A stretch of DNA of 64,000 bases from positions 154,132,001 to 154,196,000 of the forward strand of contig OX597815.1 of the NCBI GenBank assembly GCA_951406725.2, written 5' to 3'. Numbering within the stretch: position 1 is the stretch's first letter; each line of letters begins with the position of its first letter. This DNA is from Octopus vulgaris. Taxonomy: Eukaryota. The position numbers were made by a program, and so were the translations under genes. The notes under the pieces were generated by a model. It had not been told where the DNA came from. It made no database searches and was given only the letters and a program-made list of their open reading frames with translations. Below, piece after piece: positions 26,042-38,084 of this stretch.

Positions 26042-27953
26042 TCCTGTTTGTCTAGCATCACGTTACGTGTCATAAAGCAGAACACCATGAACCGCACCGA
26101 ACTTTTGACCGATGTAAACAGAAGTACAAATACTGAAACGCACATATCCGTATAATCGCCCACATATACATACGCACATACACGTGCACGCGCATATATT
26201 TTTACACGCACTCGCATACATATACCTTTGAATGCGATTGTCGATGTATGCGTGTTTTGCAGGAATATACGCACGTGAGCATGGTTGAATGTTTGTCAGT
26301 TTGTTTACCTCTTTCTTTGTACTTATGTATGAGTAAATATGTGCGTAGATAGAATTAATTAACCAAGGAATGTAAACATTGCCAAAAAAAAAATAACGTG
26401 TAGAAAGATTTAATTGAAACGAACTGGTTTTAAGGAAAAAAAAAGGGAGAAATTGAAAACATTCAGCAAATAGATTAAAAAAAAATTAGGAAATTGAATG
26501 TCGGAACGGCTAAGTAAGTCAATAACAAGTAACGTTTCTTAATTAATAGAGCAGCGTGTACAATCAGTATTAAGACAACTATAGAATATCTATTTGTCTG
26601 TTAAATGAGGTAGACAGCTTTGACAATTTAAAAAGGAGTGTAATCACGTAACTGTTGAACTTGCTATTAGCAGCACACTTTATAGCATATAAAGAGATGG
26701 ACAGCATTGTAATTGAAAAACACTTAGATTTTTCTATCGCCAAGTCGGCTGCGAAATGACAGAGCCATTGATACTCCTTGTAAAAACAACTTGATTCTTT
26801 CCTATTTATTGTAGGAAAGGATCAAGTTACCTACAAACTACAAGCTGACCCAAATAATGGCAGCACAATCAAACAAAGGCCAGGAGATGGTGTTAAGAAT
26901 ATGATGGTTTAAGCCTACTGATACTAGTTATCATTGTTTTGACTCTCGCACGGCAGAGGAAATCTTTGATATCAAATACTTTGTAATGAATACATCAAAA
27001 TACGTCAGATACTTTGTAATGAATACGTAGTAATATATAGATTTCACATTTTAGCACAAGGCCAGCAATATCGGTGGAGTGGGGCACGTCGATTACATCG
27101 GCCTCAGTACTCTACTGGTACTTATTTTATCGACCCCGATAGAATGAGAGACAAAGTATACCTCAACGGAATTTGAACTCAGAACGTGAAGGCGGCCGAA
27201 ACGCCGCTAAGCATTTCGCGTAACGATTTTGCCACCCCATCGCCTTTGAATGTAGTAATATATTGAAAATCTTTATGTTGTATCATTTGCTTGTCTCCTT
27301 CAATGGGCTGCAGCTAAGCCAGTATACAACATTCAAGAAATTAGTCGACTAATCGATCCTAATACTTAATTTTTAACGTTGGTGCTTATTCTATAAGGCT
27401 TTTCCGTCGAAACATTTCGTCACGGGGATATAAACAAACCAGCGCCATCTGTCAAGCAGTATGGGGACAAATTCGAATACAAAGACAATCATACTTGCAT
27501 ATATACGTACATAAGACAGGCTTCCAAATTGACTTATAAGGCATTGGTCGGCCCAGGGTTATAGCAGAAGACATTTGTCAATGTTGCGGCACAGTGGGAC
27601 TGAATCCCAAACGACATGGGGTTGCAAAGTGAGTTTCTTCATTATACCCATTCCTGGGCTTTTGATATTTTGCTACTTGCTAGCTCTCGAAGAAGAGACA
27701 ATGTATAAGGACTTCGCTGACCTTCTTAGACTGATGAGTTTGTTGTTATTAATGTGTCTCTTGAAATTTTTTTCACGACGGCACTTAAAGGACATATATG
27801 AAAAGGGAGGAATTGCCTACTGTCGACGTTCTAGTAAGAAAGAAGTGGGATTGAGCATTGATACAGGGTCTGGGTTTGCTGTCTATAACAAGGGAGAAAA
27901 GTGAGTGTGTCAAGAGTGTCTGAGGCGAGATAGCGTGAGACTATCCAGCTTAT

Positions 27954-28013
<60 letters not shown>

Positions 28014-28335
28014 TGTGAGGAAAGATAGTTAACTCGTGAGCCAAAGAATACAGTTTGTTGTGAGTGAGTTTATATAATTCATGTTGCCCTTTTTCTGGAT
28101 GCAGTCAAAGTTGTCTGTTTATGGAGCATTAGCACCTTCCAAGATGGATAAGGGTTACGCCATTGTGAGTTTCCGTTGAGCTTAGTAGAGTGACAATTGC
28201 TGAGGGTTCAGGTATGTTTCACCTCTGAAAAGAACGTCCGATAATTGCGAATCGGTCTCGGGAAGATAAAATAGGGAGAACAGGAAGCACTGAGACGGGT
28301 GGTGTAGTGTATGTAATCCTACATTTTCCTTGAGA

Positions 28336-29170
28336 TTACATAGAAAGTATTTTGCGTAGGATATGAGCAGTTCCTATGAGCACTATCTTTTGAATTTCTG
28401 CCATTTTGGGGTTTCCTGGTATCTGAGTTAGGTAGCAATCAGCCCCTTTTGCTATCATTCCCAGGGCACCTATGATAACAGGTATTGTTTTAGTCTTCAG
28501 GTTCGACATTTTGCTGATTTCTATTTCAAGATCTTTATATTTGCTCAGATTTTGGCAGGTCTTGACAGATAAGTTTATATCGATTGGGACAGTCATATCA
28601 ATGAGGAGGCATGTTCTTTGTCTGAAGTCTTTCAATATGATGTCCGGCCTAGTTGCATCTATCTTTCTGTAGTTTGAATGGTGAAGTTCCAGAGGGGTGA
28701 GATGTGGTCGTTTTCAAGCACTGGAGGTGGTTTGTGTTCCCACCAGTTTTTATTTGGAATTCACTTAGATATTCCTTTGCCTGTTTTGTTACTGAGTATG
28801 ATGCTTTCTTGTTTTCATGTTTTGAGACAAGTTTTAAGCTAGGCCAATTGTAGCAATCTTCATTGTTATTGCCAGTTGTAAAAGGCCACGGCCTCCCTCT
28901 TTTCTTGGCAGATAAAGTCGTTCTGTATCTGCCTTAGGGTGGTGCATTCTATGCATTGTCAACAGTTTTCGTATTTTTCTGTCAAGATTACATATTTCAG
29001 TAATTGACCAGATAACGATATTGAAACTGTAAGTCACGACTGGTATGGCTAAAGCATTGATCGCTTCGATCCTGTTTCTCGCATTCAGCTGTCTTGAGTA
29101 TTGCTCTTACTCTGCGATAACATTCTCTCCTGATCCTTTCCTTCATCACTGAATGCCTTATTCCGTCCCC

Positions 29171-29171
<1 letters not shown>
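28336..29171 (-). mobile_element. R4/Dong-type LINE fragment with internal deletion
   Basis: NARNRIEAINALAIPVVTYSF, LDRKIRKLL, HHPKADTERLYLPRKEGGRGL, RPDI, IDMTVP, KYKDLEIEI, IGALG, GTAHILRKIL; begins at (AAT)n. Confidence 0.88.
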
Positions 29172-29231
<60 letters not shown>

Positions 29232-29235
<4 letters not shown>

Positions 29236-29344
29236 TAACTGCCTGGAATCGAAACCGGAATCTTGTGGTTGGTAGCCCGCGCTTTTAACCACTATGCCAT
29301 ATGCCCTGGGCATATGGCGTAGTGGTTAAGAGCGCGAGCTACTA
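29232..29344. repeat. Head-to-head palindrome of a tRNA-like sequence
   Basis: gtagcccgcgcttttaaccactatgccatatgccc / gggcatatggcgtagtggttaagagcgcgagctac; the minus copy has A and B boxes and runs into (AAT)n. Confidence 0.75.
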
Positions 29345-31769
29345 TCCGTCAAATGTAAATTATGTAAATAATGTACATAATTCCTCATCTCTTAAATGTA
29401 GAACTGTATAAAAAACGTATGTGTGTATGTGTGTGTCTTTGCGTGTCATTCCAGAGATAATGCGAATTTTTTCAAAATGAACATAAAGTTATTTTTTAAT
29501 ATAAAATATACGCTCCTTCATCTTCTACAATGCTTTTCCATTTATTTGGTAGGCTTGCAAGGCCCATTTTCCTAAATTTACTCGTCCGTGACGAAAAATA
29601 CTCTCTCTCTCTACTCTTTTACTCTTTTACTTGTTTTAGTCATTTGACTGCGGCCATGCTGGAGAACCGCCCTTAGTCGAGCAAATCGACCCCGGGACTT
29701 ATTCTTTGTAAGCCCAGTACTTATTCTATCGGTCTCTTTTGCCAAACCGCTAAGTGACGGGGACGTAAACACACCAGCAACTTTGGATTCAACTTTCTCT
29801 TACTTCTTGTCGTTTGATGGTCTTTGACTACCAAGCTAGTAGTTTTCATGTCTAAGAGAAGCCCCTGACAAATCTATACGATAAGCAAGTTGTGAATTGG
29901 AATTGACCTTAAAATATTCGGTCTCCCCTAAAGTTAAGTAGACATAGTGAATAAAGTTCTCAAAATGATTTTCCACAAATACAACACTATGAAACATGAA
30001 ACATATGTTTTATTTTTACACGAATTTTAATTATATCATCTTCCATATTTATAAGGGAGAGAAAAAATGACTTTCTAACTTTTTACAGTTAAAATTGCTG
30101 CTAAATTTACAAAAATTGTTTTCAAAATTCTTAGCACGTTTCAAAAGCTATGTTTGTATTGTATTACTATCTGAGGTATAAAACTGTTTCAATTAAGCAC
30201 CAAAGTATTACGGTCTTAATGGAATGAGAAAACAACGTTTTGCCGGAAATGAAGTGAAACTCTAATTGAACCAGTTACGATTTGGGTTTGCATATAATGT
30301 TATCTTATTCTCACTAATTCTTGCTAAAACGTAATATAACTACAGTTTAATATATCTTAGTCATGGCTTCTTTAATGAGTTACAAGTGAGTTTGTAATTT
30401 GTTTTATATTCATTGAAATGAAATGTAACTAACGTCTGCTAATATATGTTAAATAACCTTTAATAATTATATAATTACTCTTGGAAACAAAATTTTGTTG
30501 GCTTATATCTGGGATATATTTAAGATCGCTGAACCCATGCATAAGATATTTCTTACTACCATGTTTTAGATATTGATTTCCAACACACTTCTGTTATTAA
30601 TAATCACTGTTCAAAAGTGGTTAATTAAAATGTCAGGGAACCGTACATATTTTAGTGCCGTAGAAGTTAAACCTATTCTAGATTTTGTTTGGGGTACTGA
30701 TTCTAAATTTCTTCAGTCAGCTCTATCTTGGAAATACTGTTTGTGTGGTGATATTAGGGACTTAAGGACCCCCATTGCACATTACAGTTTAGTGCAATAG
30801 AAATTAAATTAATTCGTGTTGTATATTTAGGCTGCTGATTGCAAAAATAGCATTACACTTCTAATTTATGAATTATCTGACATTATACATGAAATGTTAA
30901 CGATGCTATTAAAATTGGTTTATTTCGCATCAAATCTTAGACTAAAGGCATTGAACAAGTATATATTTGCCGTGGTTCCTTACGCAGAAAATTCACTGGT
31001 CTTAGCACGGAAAAAACTTAGGTAGAGGATTATACAGCTCCCATTAAAAAAAAAGCTTAAGAATGATTTTCATTTCATATATGCTCTGAATTAGCAGAGA
31101 ATATTACAAGGTAGGCTGTAACGCGAAAATTAAGGTCCCTTGTGGTCCATAGTTGCTTAGGTTGCTTTCTAGCGATTAAAGCGAAAAGCAAGGTGTAAAA
31201 TTTAACCAGAGTGTAAAACAAAGGAAATGAAATATTTCAAAAGGTGAAATACACATATACAAATACATTACGTTGGAATATTTCGTGGGACTCCTCTCGC
31301 CATAGAAAATTTTATAAAAGAAGGCGCTTATGTACCAAATGTAGCATCGTTTTATGTTTATAGCAAATAATCTATTAGTAACATTAATATTGTTGTTTTG
31401 GTATACGATTAGTGGATAGTTACAAAATTCGAGTTGATACGGTGAAGACGTTGCTAGGTTCTGAAGTCATAAAGATTCCATTTCTAAGACAAAAACAATA
31501 ATCTCAGAGCTCATGTAGAATGATGTTCTGCTTTTCCCAAACTAGTGTTGATAAAGCAAAAAGTAATGGTATTTTTTAATACAGAAACAGCTGCCAGTGT
31601 GTTTGGAATTAGCGTCCCAAATCTACACAAGAATAAGTCAGAATGTTGAAGTATTTATAATAGTTTTTGTTGATTAATTTATGAATTACACGTCGAATGA
31701 CTGAGTCTTACTTTACATTTACATGCATATGTATGTATTTTTAGGTACACACACACACACACACACACA

Positions 31770-32895
31770 CACTGTATTTATATAAACATTAATGGAAACG
31801 GCACTTTTCGTTGTGCTACTTTTTCTGTTGGCAATATGCCACATTGAAAATTGTTTTAGTCTGCATGTAAGTGTTAATATACATTATGTATCCCTTGTTG
31901 CTCATGATTTAGGCCGCCGCTTTTCTCTTTTTTTTTTTTCGCAAATTTTTATATCTAATTACGTTAAAAAGAGTGACCTATCTGACTTCCAAAGAGGACA
32001 AATTGTTTAAGTGTGGATGATTCGAGCTTCATTCACTAAAACTGAATTGTTTTATGTCTCAGAGCTGCTGCATCTAAAAATTATTTTCGCGTTCGAAAAC
32101 CAAGATAAAATCAGTCCCGACTGACATGCTTCTGGATGGAAGGTAAAGCTTATAGATAAGTTCTGCAGAATAGAGAACCGTATTGTGTTTGAAAACTGTT
32201 CGTCTTGAGCTCCATATAGCTGGCTACCATGGGAGAGCGGCATCTGTTAAAACTTTCTTGTTCCCCGTCAATATTGATAGCAAGAACAAAATGCGGTTTT
32301 AACTCTGAGAAGTGATCAATGGCTCTAAGAAACAATTTCACATTCTCTGATGAGTCCTCGTTCACCCTCTTAACTTCAGGAGGAGTTTATGTTTAATGGT
32401 AGACCTCAAACCCTGCGATCTTTAGTGTTTGGCCCTTTCCGCGAAGCATGGAGATTGTCGACAGGCGTGATTTTGGCTCCTTAGTTGTTCTACATGGTAA
32501 TGTGAGTATTTCTACAGGGCAATGTGAGTATTTCGGCTGATCATATTCATCTTATGGTTCAAATATTGTTTCTTCAGAACCCAAATGTGCCGATTCAGAG
32601 AGCTAATGATATTCCAAACTGGAATTGTACAAAAGTGAGGCAGACCACTAGGGTTGCTTTCACAATCACTGTATATCAACCTAATTGAATATTTTACGGT
32701 GTTTTGGAACAGCATTGGGGAGCTGCTTTCCCTCTCCATCATTGCTGAAAGAGCTAATGCAGGCTTTATTTGAGAAAGGTTCAATCCCCAGAACATGCAC
32801 AAGTCAGTTGCTCGGCGTATTAAAACTGATTGATGCCAAAGATGGACTATTAAATAGTAAAATTTCCTTTTAACAATGCGTTTCTATTATTTTAG
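31770..32895 (+). mobile_element. Highly decayed Tc1-like transposon
   Basis: SDLSDFQRGQIV (N-terminal HTH start), FSDESSFTL (first catalytic D) and INLIE (DLNPIE-like). Confidence 0.65.
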
Positions 32896-33507
32896 CTTAA
32901 TTTGGAGGCGGCGAGCTGGCAATGCGGCTAGCACGGAGGATGAAATACTTAGCGTTATATCTCTGCTTTTTTACGTTTTCAGTTCAAATACCGCTGAGAT
33001 CGACTTTGCCTTTCATCCTTTAGCAGTCGATAAAATAAATAACAGTTAAAATTGACTTCGGTAGGATTCGAACTCAGAATGTAAAGAATCAGAATACCGA
33101 AAAGCATTTATTCGACGATCTAACATATGTGTCATCCATCTGTATTACGCATGGAAAATACTTCTTTGAGCTATAGGCACAAGGCCTGAAATTTTGTGGG
33201 GAGGGGCTAGTCGATTACATCGACCCCAGTGTCCGAGGGGATGAAAAGCAAAGTCACCTTCTGCCGGAATTGGAAATCAGACCGTAAAGACGGACGAAAT
33301 GCCTTTACGCATTTTACCCGGTGTGCTAACGAATCTGCCAAACACGTCACCATTGGTATGAAAAATAAAAAGAGTTTGATATGAATACAGCCATTCAACG
33401 TAATCCTTTACTCCAAATATAACCACGATTTGTTTATGGAGAAATAAACATTTTAAAGAAATATTATTTCTTTAATATTTACAAAGATTTAAAAATAAGT
33501 TTATTAC

Positions 33508-33607
33508 CTGTCAATGGCGATGGCTGCTAATGTATTGACTGATGCGCATACTGAGACCCCTTGCAAATAGGGTGTGGCTTTGCACAGAATAGCTCCAAAT
33601 GGCCAAC
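33508..33607 (-). CDS. Internal 100-bp coding exon (ECL1-TM3) of the same GPCR
   Basis: Minus strand tttttcttttAG|GT TGG CCA ... GAC AG|GTAATA translates as (G)WPFGAILCKATPYLQGVSVCASVNTLAAIAID(R). Its terminal AG plus the first A of exon 5439-6135 makes Arg, restoring DRY in frame. Confidence 0.92.
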
Positions 33608-35343
33608 CTAAAAGAAAAACAAATATAGAACCGTTAATTCGATATGGATACATTTCACTCGCCTGTAGTCAAAATTAACAGGTAAATATTAAATGATATC
33701 ACATAACATTCATAAAACAACATTTTAAATTTATCCATATTGAATAAGAAAGGACAAAATCTACCGTGCAGGTCTGTTGTTGGAGGTAATTCCGCCAATG
33801 AAAGTACACGCATTGAATATGTTCTACTTATTTCTAAATATCAGTCAAATAGACAATTAATCAGTTGTTGAATTTATTAATTATCTATCTGTCAAAATAC
33901 ATTCGTTACAGTTAGTGACCTAATCAATGACGACGTCTCTGTCAAGTACCTCTTTCTCCTTATAACTGTTCGTCTCCGAGATCGGGTACTTTCATTGGTG
34001 GTATGCCCCCACCCCACCACCCAAAATACATTATCAGATGCAACACAGGATTTTACACCAACAATCTTACAAAACAAATACAAAACTATTGCTTAAATAC
34101 AAAAGCTATATCAGTGTTATCATCAATGTCTTGTTCTGTAAGAAACTTTTTGCATCGTAGCTTACGTAGAACAAAAAGTATTTCTACGGTTTACAGTAAT
34201 GTACCAACACATACATGCAATGTACTGTATGGGAAATAGAAAAAAAAAAGGCTCTGTGTAGCCGCTTAAAAGGCTAGAAGTAGGAGCCATACACTTCAAA
34301 CCATACTTTGTCATCTTGAAAAATGTACTACTACCTGAAAAAGGAAACAGTTGCGACGGTCTAGGTCATTTTCCACCATCTGTACAGTAGGCGTTCGCTG
34401 ATCTATGCTTGACTACTATCTCTGCTGCTGCTGCTGCTTCTACTACTACTACTACTACTACTACTACTAGGCGAAGTGTGTTATGAAATTTTGCTACTGG
34501 CAGTAAATTTGGAACAAAAACCTCTAACTGTAACTGGCACCTTATTTGCTTTCCCGATTGTTACATGGCAACAATTAAAGATATCAACATAAATGGTTCT
34601 GTTTATATTTTCTTATTTTTTCTTATTTTATTTCAAGTAATTTTAAATACAATAGCGTATATTGCTAATTTCACTTAAAATGAAAATGATACCAGTTGAT
34701 AACCTCAATTTGTAACGAAATACCTGAAAAGCTGTGGTTTTAATGCAGTACATAATACAGTAACAACTAGACAATCATTATAAGACAATCCATGTTAAAG
34801 TTTGATAAATGCGCTTGAGGCACTTTACCATAACTACGAAGCATGATTGTTCTTTACACTGGGTTTAATTTATTCTAAATGTATTACATAAAAGTTAATA
34901 AAGAAAAGACACAGAATTTTAATAAGGAAACCTGTTGTACAGGATAACGTCTCCGTGAGTCCGTATGTTACGATTTTCTCTTGTAGTTAATTAGCCATTA
35001 TACGCTATTGGGAACAGAAGACGCACCGTTACATATCCGACATATCCGGTAAGGAACTGCATCTATGCTCTTATACCAAAAATCAATATTTGAGGATTGG
35101 GAAATAAAATCGCATATGGACAAGAAAATATATAAATGGAAAATGATATTTCTATTTCAGTATTTATGTCCCGAGGTTCTAAATTCAAATAAACCTGGAT
35201 CGGAATTGATACTTTTCTCCATCTGATTTAATTATTTTCAACGTTATATTAAGTTATTTTCAGCTGAGTGTACATTAGTAGGAAAATATTTCGCTTCACA
35301 GGTAATTTAATATATCAACGCAACAGAGAATTAGCTTCGGGTA

Positions 35344-35374
<31 letters not shown>

Positions 35375-35375
35375 G

Positions 35376-35938
35376 ATAAGAAAGTTTGTTTGGTAAAGCA
35401 CGTGGGTGAATATATAAGAAAATGGTAAAGTGTGAAAAAACGACAGAAGGCTTAAATGTTAAAAAATATATATATTTGTGTCAAAATGTCTGGAGAATAT
35501 TGGAAAAATTTTTTTTTCCTTTCCTTAAAATGACATAATTAAAAATTTTTTAAAGAAATTACCGGTTTCGCGTGTAGCTTTTCAAATTTCTTGTGACGTT
35601 ATGTTTATATTGCATGGAGTTATCGTTGTTTTTATTTCCAGGAGATTTCTAAATAAGGGGAGGTAGTGAGTGATTTCTTCCGGTGTAAGGGAGATAATCG
35701 CTTAAAAATTTTTTTTCCTTTTTCCTTGTTAATTTCTCTGTGTGAGTATGTTCGGATGGTTGAGTCTGGGTTTGTACTTTTCAATGAAGAATGTTTCCTT
35801 GTTCAGTCTCATTTGTGTTGATGATCCGAAAGCACATTGGTAAAATGGGAAGATTAAAAATTGTGGCAGTAGTTGCTTTGCGCATTTCTCAATGTACTCA
35901 CTAAAAGGTATCATTCTATATTCTGGGAATGCAATCTA
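35376..35938 (-). mobile_element. 5'-truncated Penelope-like element fragment (GIY-YIG C-terminus plus 3' region)
   Basis: ORF 35729-35914 ends RLNKETFFIEKYKPRLN, matching the GIY-YIG C-terminal R..KE..FI....P.LN pattern. (TA)n on both sides; minimal hammerhead downstream. Confidence 0.7.
35553..35592 (-). ncRNA. Minimal type I hammerhead ribozyme with U3-A8 core variant
   Basis: Minus strand aagaaat-TTGAAAA-GC-tacac-GC-GAAA-CCGG-TA-atttctt: 7-bp stem I, 2-bp stem II, palindromic stem III, GUA site. Confidence 0.65.
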
Positions 35939-35984
<46 letters not shown>

Positions 35985-36259
35985 TTTGTGTCCAAAGATC
36001 CTGAAAAAGAGCGGCTCACACTCAAGTGGCTAGCTAAACCGATCCTTGCAGAGCTTCTTGTCCTGCCCGTATTCAATCTAGTCCCTCATTTTAGAATTGG
36101 ATGTCCGACCACAGTGGCTCAGAGGGCTGAGGCGGCTAAAGTGTCCAGTAGGCTGTAGGTTTTACATTGGACTGGCCTTCTCCCAGGTAAATTGTGTTTG
36201 AGGACTGAAAAACACCATCTGCCCCGAAGTTGCTAGAAGAATGTCAAAGAGGGGGATTT

Positions 36260-36673
36260 TTCGGTTTGAACGGCAGTTTTTAACATAATTTCTAGGTAAC
36301 TAAAAAATATTAAACTTCGTATACCAATCGAATGTGTTTATAAAACATCTTTTCCTCTTGGCTTTATTGAGAAAATTCTATAGTTTGTAAGATATTTGTT
36401 GTTTTTTTTCTTCAATTTCTGCAATTTCAACCAGTCAATTACCTCTATTGAGGTAAAAAACATTCTGTGCCGTATGAATATGTCCCACGTTTAAGAAACA
36501 GATTGGGTTTATTTACATTTGTGAAGAAAAAAAGATACCTTTGTTCCTACCCCTATCCCTACCCCTAACCCTAACCCTAAAACAGATAGAAATGCAATAG
36601 ATCGATACTAGGGTCATAATTATGGATGAGAATTTCATATGACACCGCTACAAAAAACTGCCGTTCAAACCGA
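36260..36673. mobile_element. MITE-like element with ~22-bp inverted repeats and internal (CCCTAA)-type repeats
   Basis: ttcggtttgaacggcagttttt pairs with aaaaactgccgttcaaaccgaa; cctacccctatccctacccctaaccctaaccctaa at 36546-36580. Confidence 0.7.
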
Positions 36674-36880
36674 ATGCTGTTGACATTTACTTCCCTATGT
36701 ATTTTTTTTTTGTCTTTCCGAAGACATTCACAATGCCCTGAAGTTTCTTTCATATCATGCTAAACAAACCATATCTGGGAGATACTGACTGGTTAGAAGT
36801 GGGAACAAAAGTTTGTAAGTGGTGGTTACACACTACGAAACCCTGGAACGTCCCAACCAGGGTTCTAATACAGGTGTAAT

Positions 36881-36899
36881 GCATATATATATATATATT

Positions 36900-36991
<92 letters not shown>

Positions 36992-37051
36992 TGTATGTAT
37001 ATATATGTATATATGTATATATATGTATGTGTATATATGTGTATATATATG

Positions 37052-37097
<46 letters not shown>

Positions 37098-37103
37098 GAT
37101 ATG

Positions 37104-37141
<38 letters not shown>

Positions 37142-37147
37142 GATATG

Positions 37148-37196
<49 letters not shown>

Positions 37197-37265
37197 GTAT
37201 ATATATATATGTATGTATATATTTATGTATGTATATACACACACATATATATATATATATTTATA
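36881..37265. repeat. (TA)n/(TATG)n compound microsatellite
   Basis: Direct inspection. Similar tracts at 6175-6545, 20154-20640, 50289-50550 and 61505-61715. Confidence 0.95.
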
Positions 37266-37850
37266 TATTCTAACACAAATTTGTAGATAACAAACGCTCA
37301 TACATACATACACATATACGTATGTTCCACAGAACGTTAAAGTATGTATTAACTTTCTAGCTACATATAATGCATTTATGTACAGAGTATAACCCAGTTC
37401 CAACATACATACATGAACAAAATAATTTCGTAAATTAGAAAAACAGCATTGAACACAGTCGATCAAAATTCGTTAATATTTTGCAGTGGCCATTTAGATG
37501 TTATTTGTCTTGTTAGTCAATAAGCAAAATCAACTGATGTTGAAAATATAAATGTTTATATCTTTAAAGCGGTAGTGTGTCAAAATTTCATTACAATCAA
37601 GTAATACGATATTTAATTTTTAATCAACGTTTAACAAAACTATTGATAAATAAATAAATAACTAGTGAATGTATACACCACTGACTGTTATAATTACTTT
37701 ACTCCCAGTTAGCAGGGTGTGTTGTATTAAATATAAACTTATATTATTTCAGATAATCGTTAGCCTGCCGTAGCGGCACTTCGTCTGTCTTTATGTTCTG
37801 AGTTCAAATTCCGCCGAGGTCGGCTTTGGTTTTCATCTTTTAAATTAAGT

Positions 37851-38084
37851 ACCTATTTCTTTATTACCCACAAGGGGCTAAACATAGAGGGGACAAACCA
37901 GGACAGACATAGGTATTAAGTCGATTACATCGACCCCAGTGAGTAACTAGTACTTAATTTATCGACCCCGAAAGGATGAAAGGCAAAGTCGACCTCGGCG
38001 GAATTTGAACTCAGAACGTAACGGCAGACGAAATACAGCTACGCATTTCGCCCGGCGTGCTAACGATTCTGCCAGCTCGCCGCC
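37851..38084 (-). mobile_element. Full-length tRNA-derived SINE, family A, nested in an older plus-strand copy
   Basis: GGCGGCGAGCTGGCAGAATCGTTAGC...GAGTTCAAATTCCGCCGAGGTCGACTTTGCCTTTCATCC. Further copies near 690-980, 1806-1990, 3995-4188, 4280-4480, 7745-7930, 8490-8690, 22000-22200, 27040-27245, 32905-33350, 55950-57090 and 60950-61140. Confidence 0.85.

Noticed and set aside
27725-27775. CTGATGA...GAAA hammerhead candidate
   Set aside because: No stem II, stem III or NUH site can be formed.
29232-29306. Bona fide tRNA gene (likewise SINE heads at 38010-38084 and 56845-56918)
   Set aside because: Acceptor and T stems pair poorly and there is no poly-T terminator; these are SINE-type heads.
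33892-34083. ORF ending SLTVTNVF as a candidate GPCR TM1-TM2 exon
   Set aside because: No TM1 GN motif, no LAxxD, no hydrophobic helix, and an immediate stop.
36750-37466. Long ORFs rich in YI/HT/CV/poly-I/poly-N (also 6016-6591, 23874-24518, 57362-57766 and others)
   Set aside because: They are translations of microsatellites that lack stop codons, not proteins.
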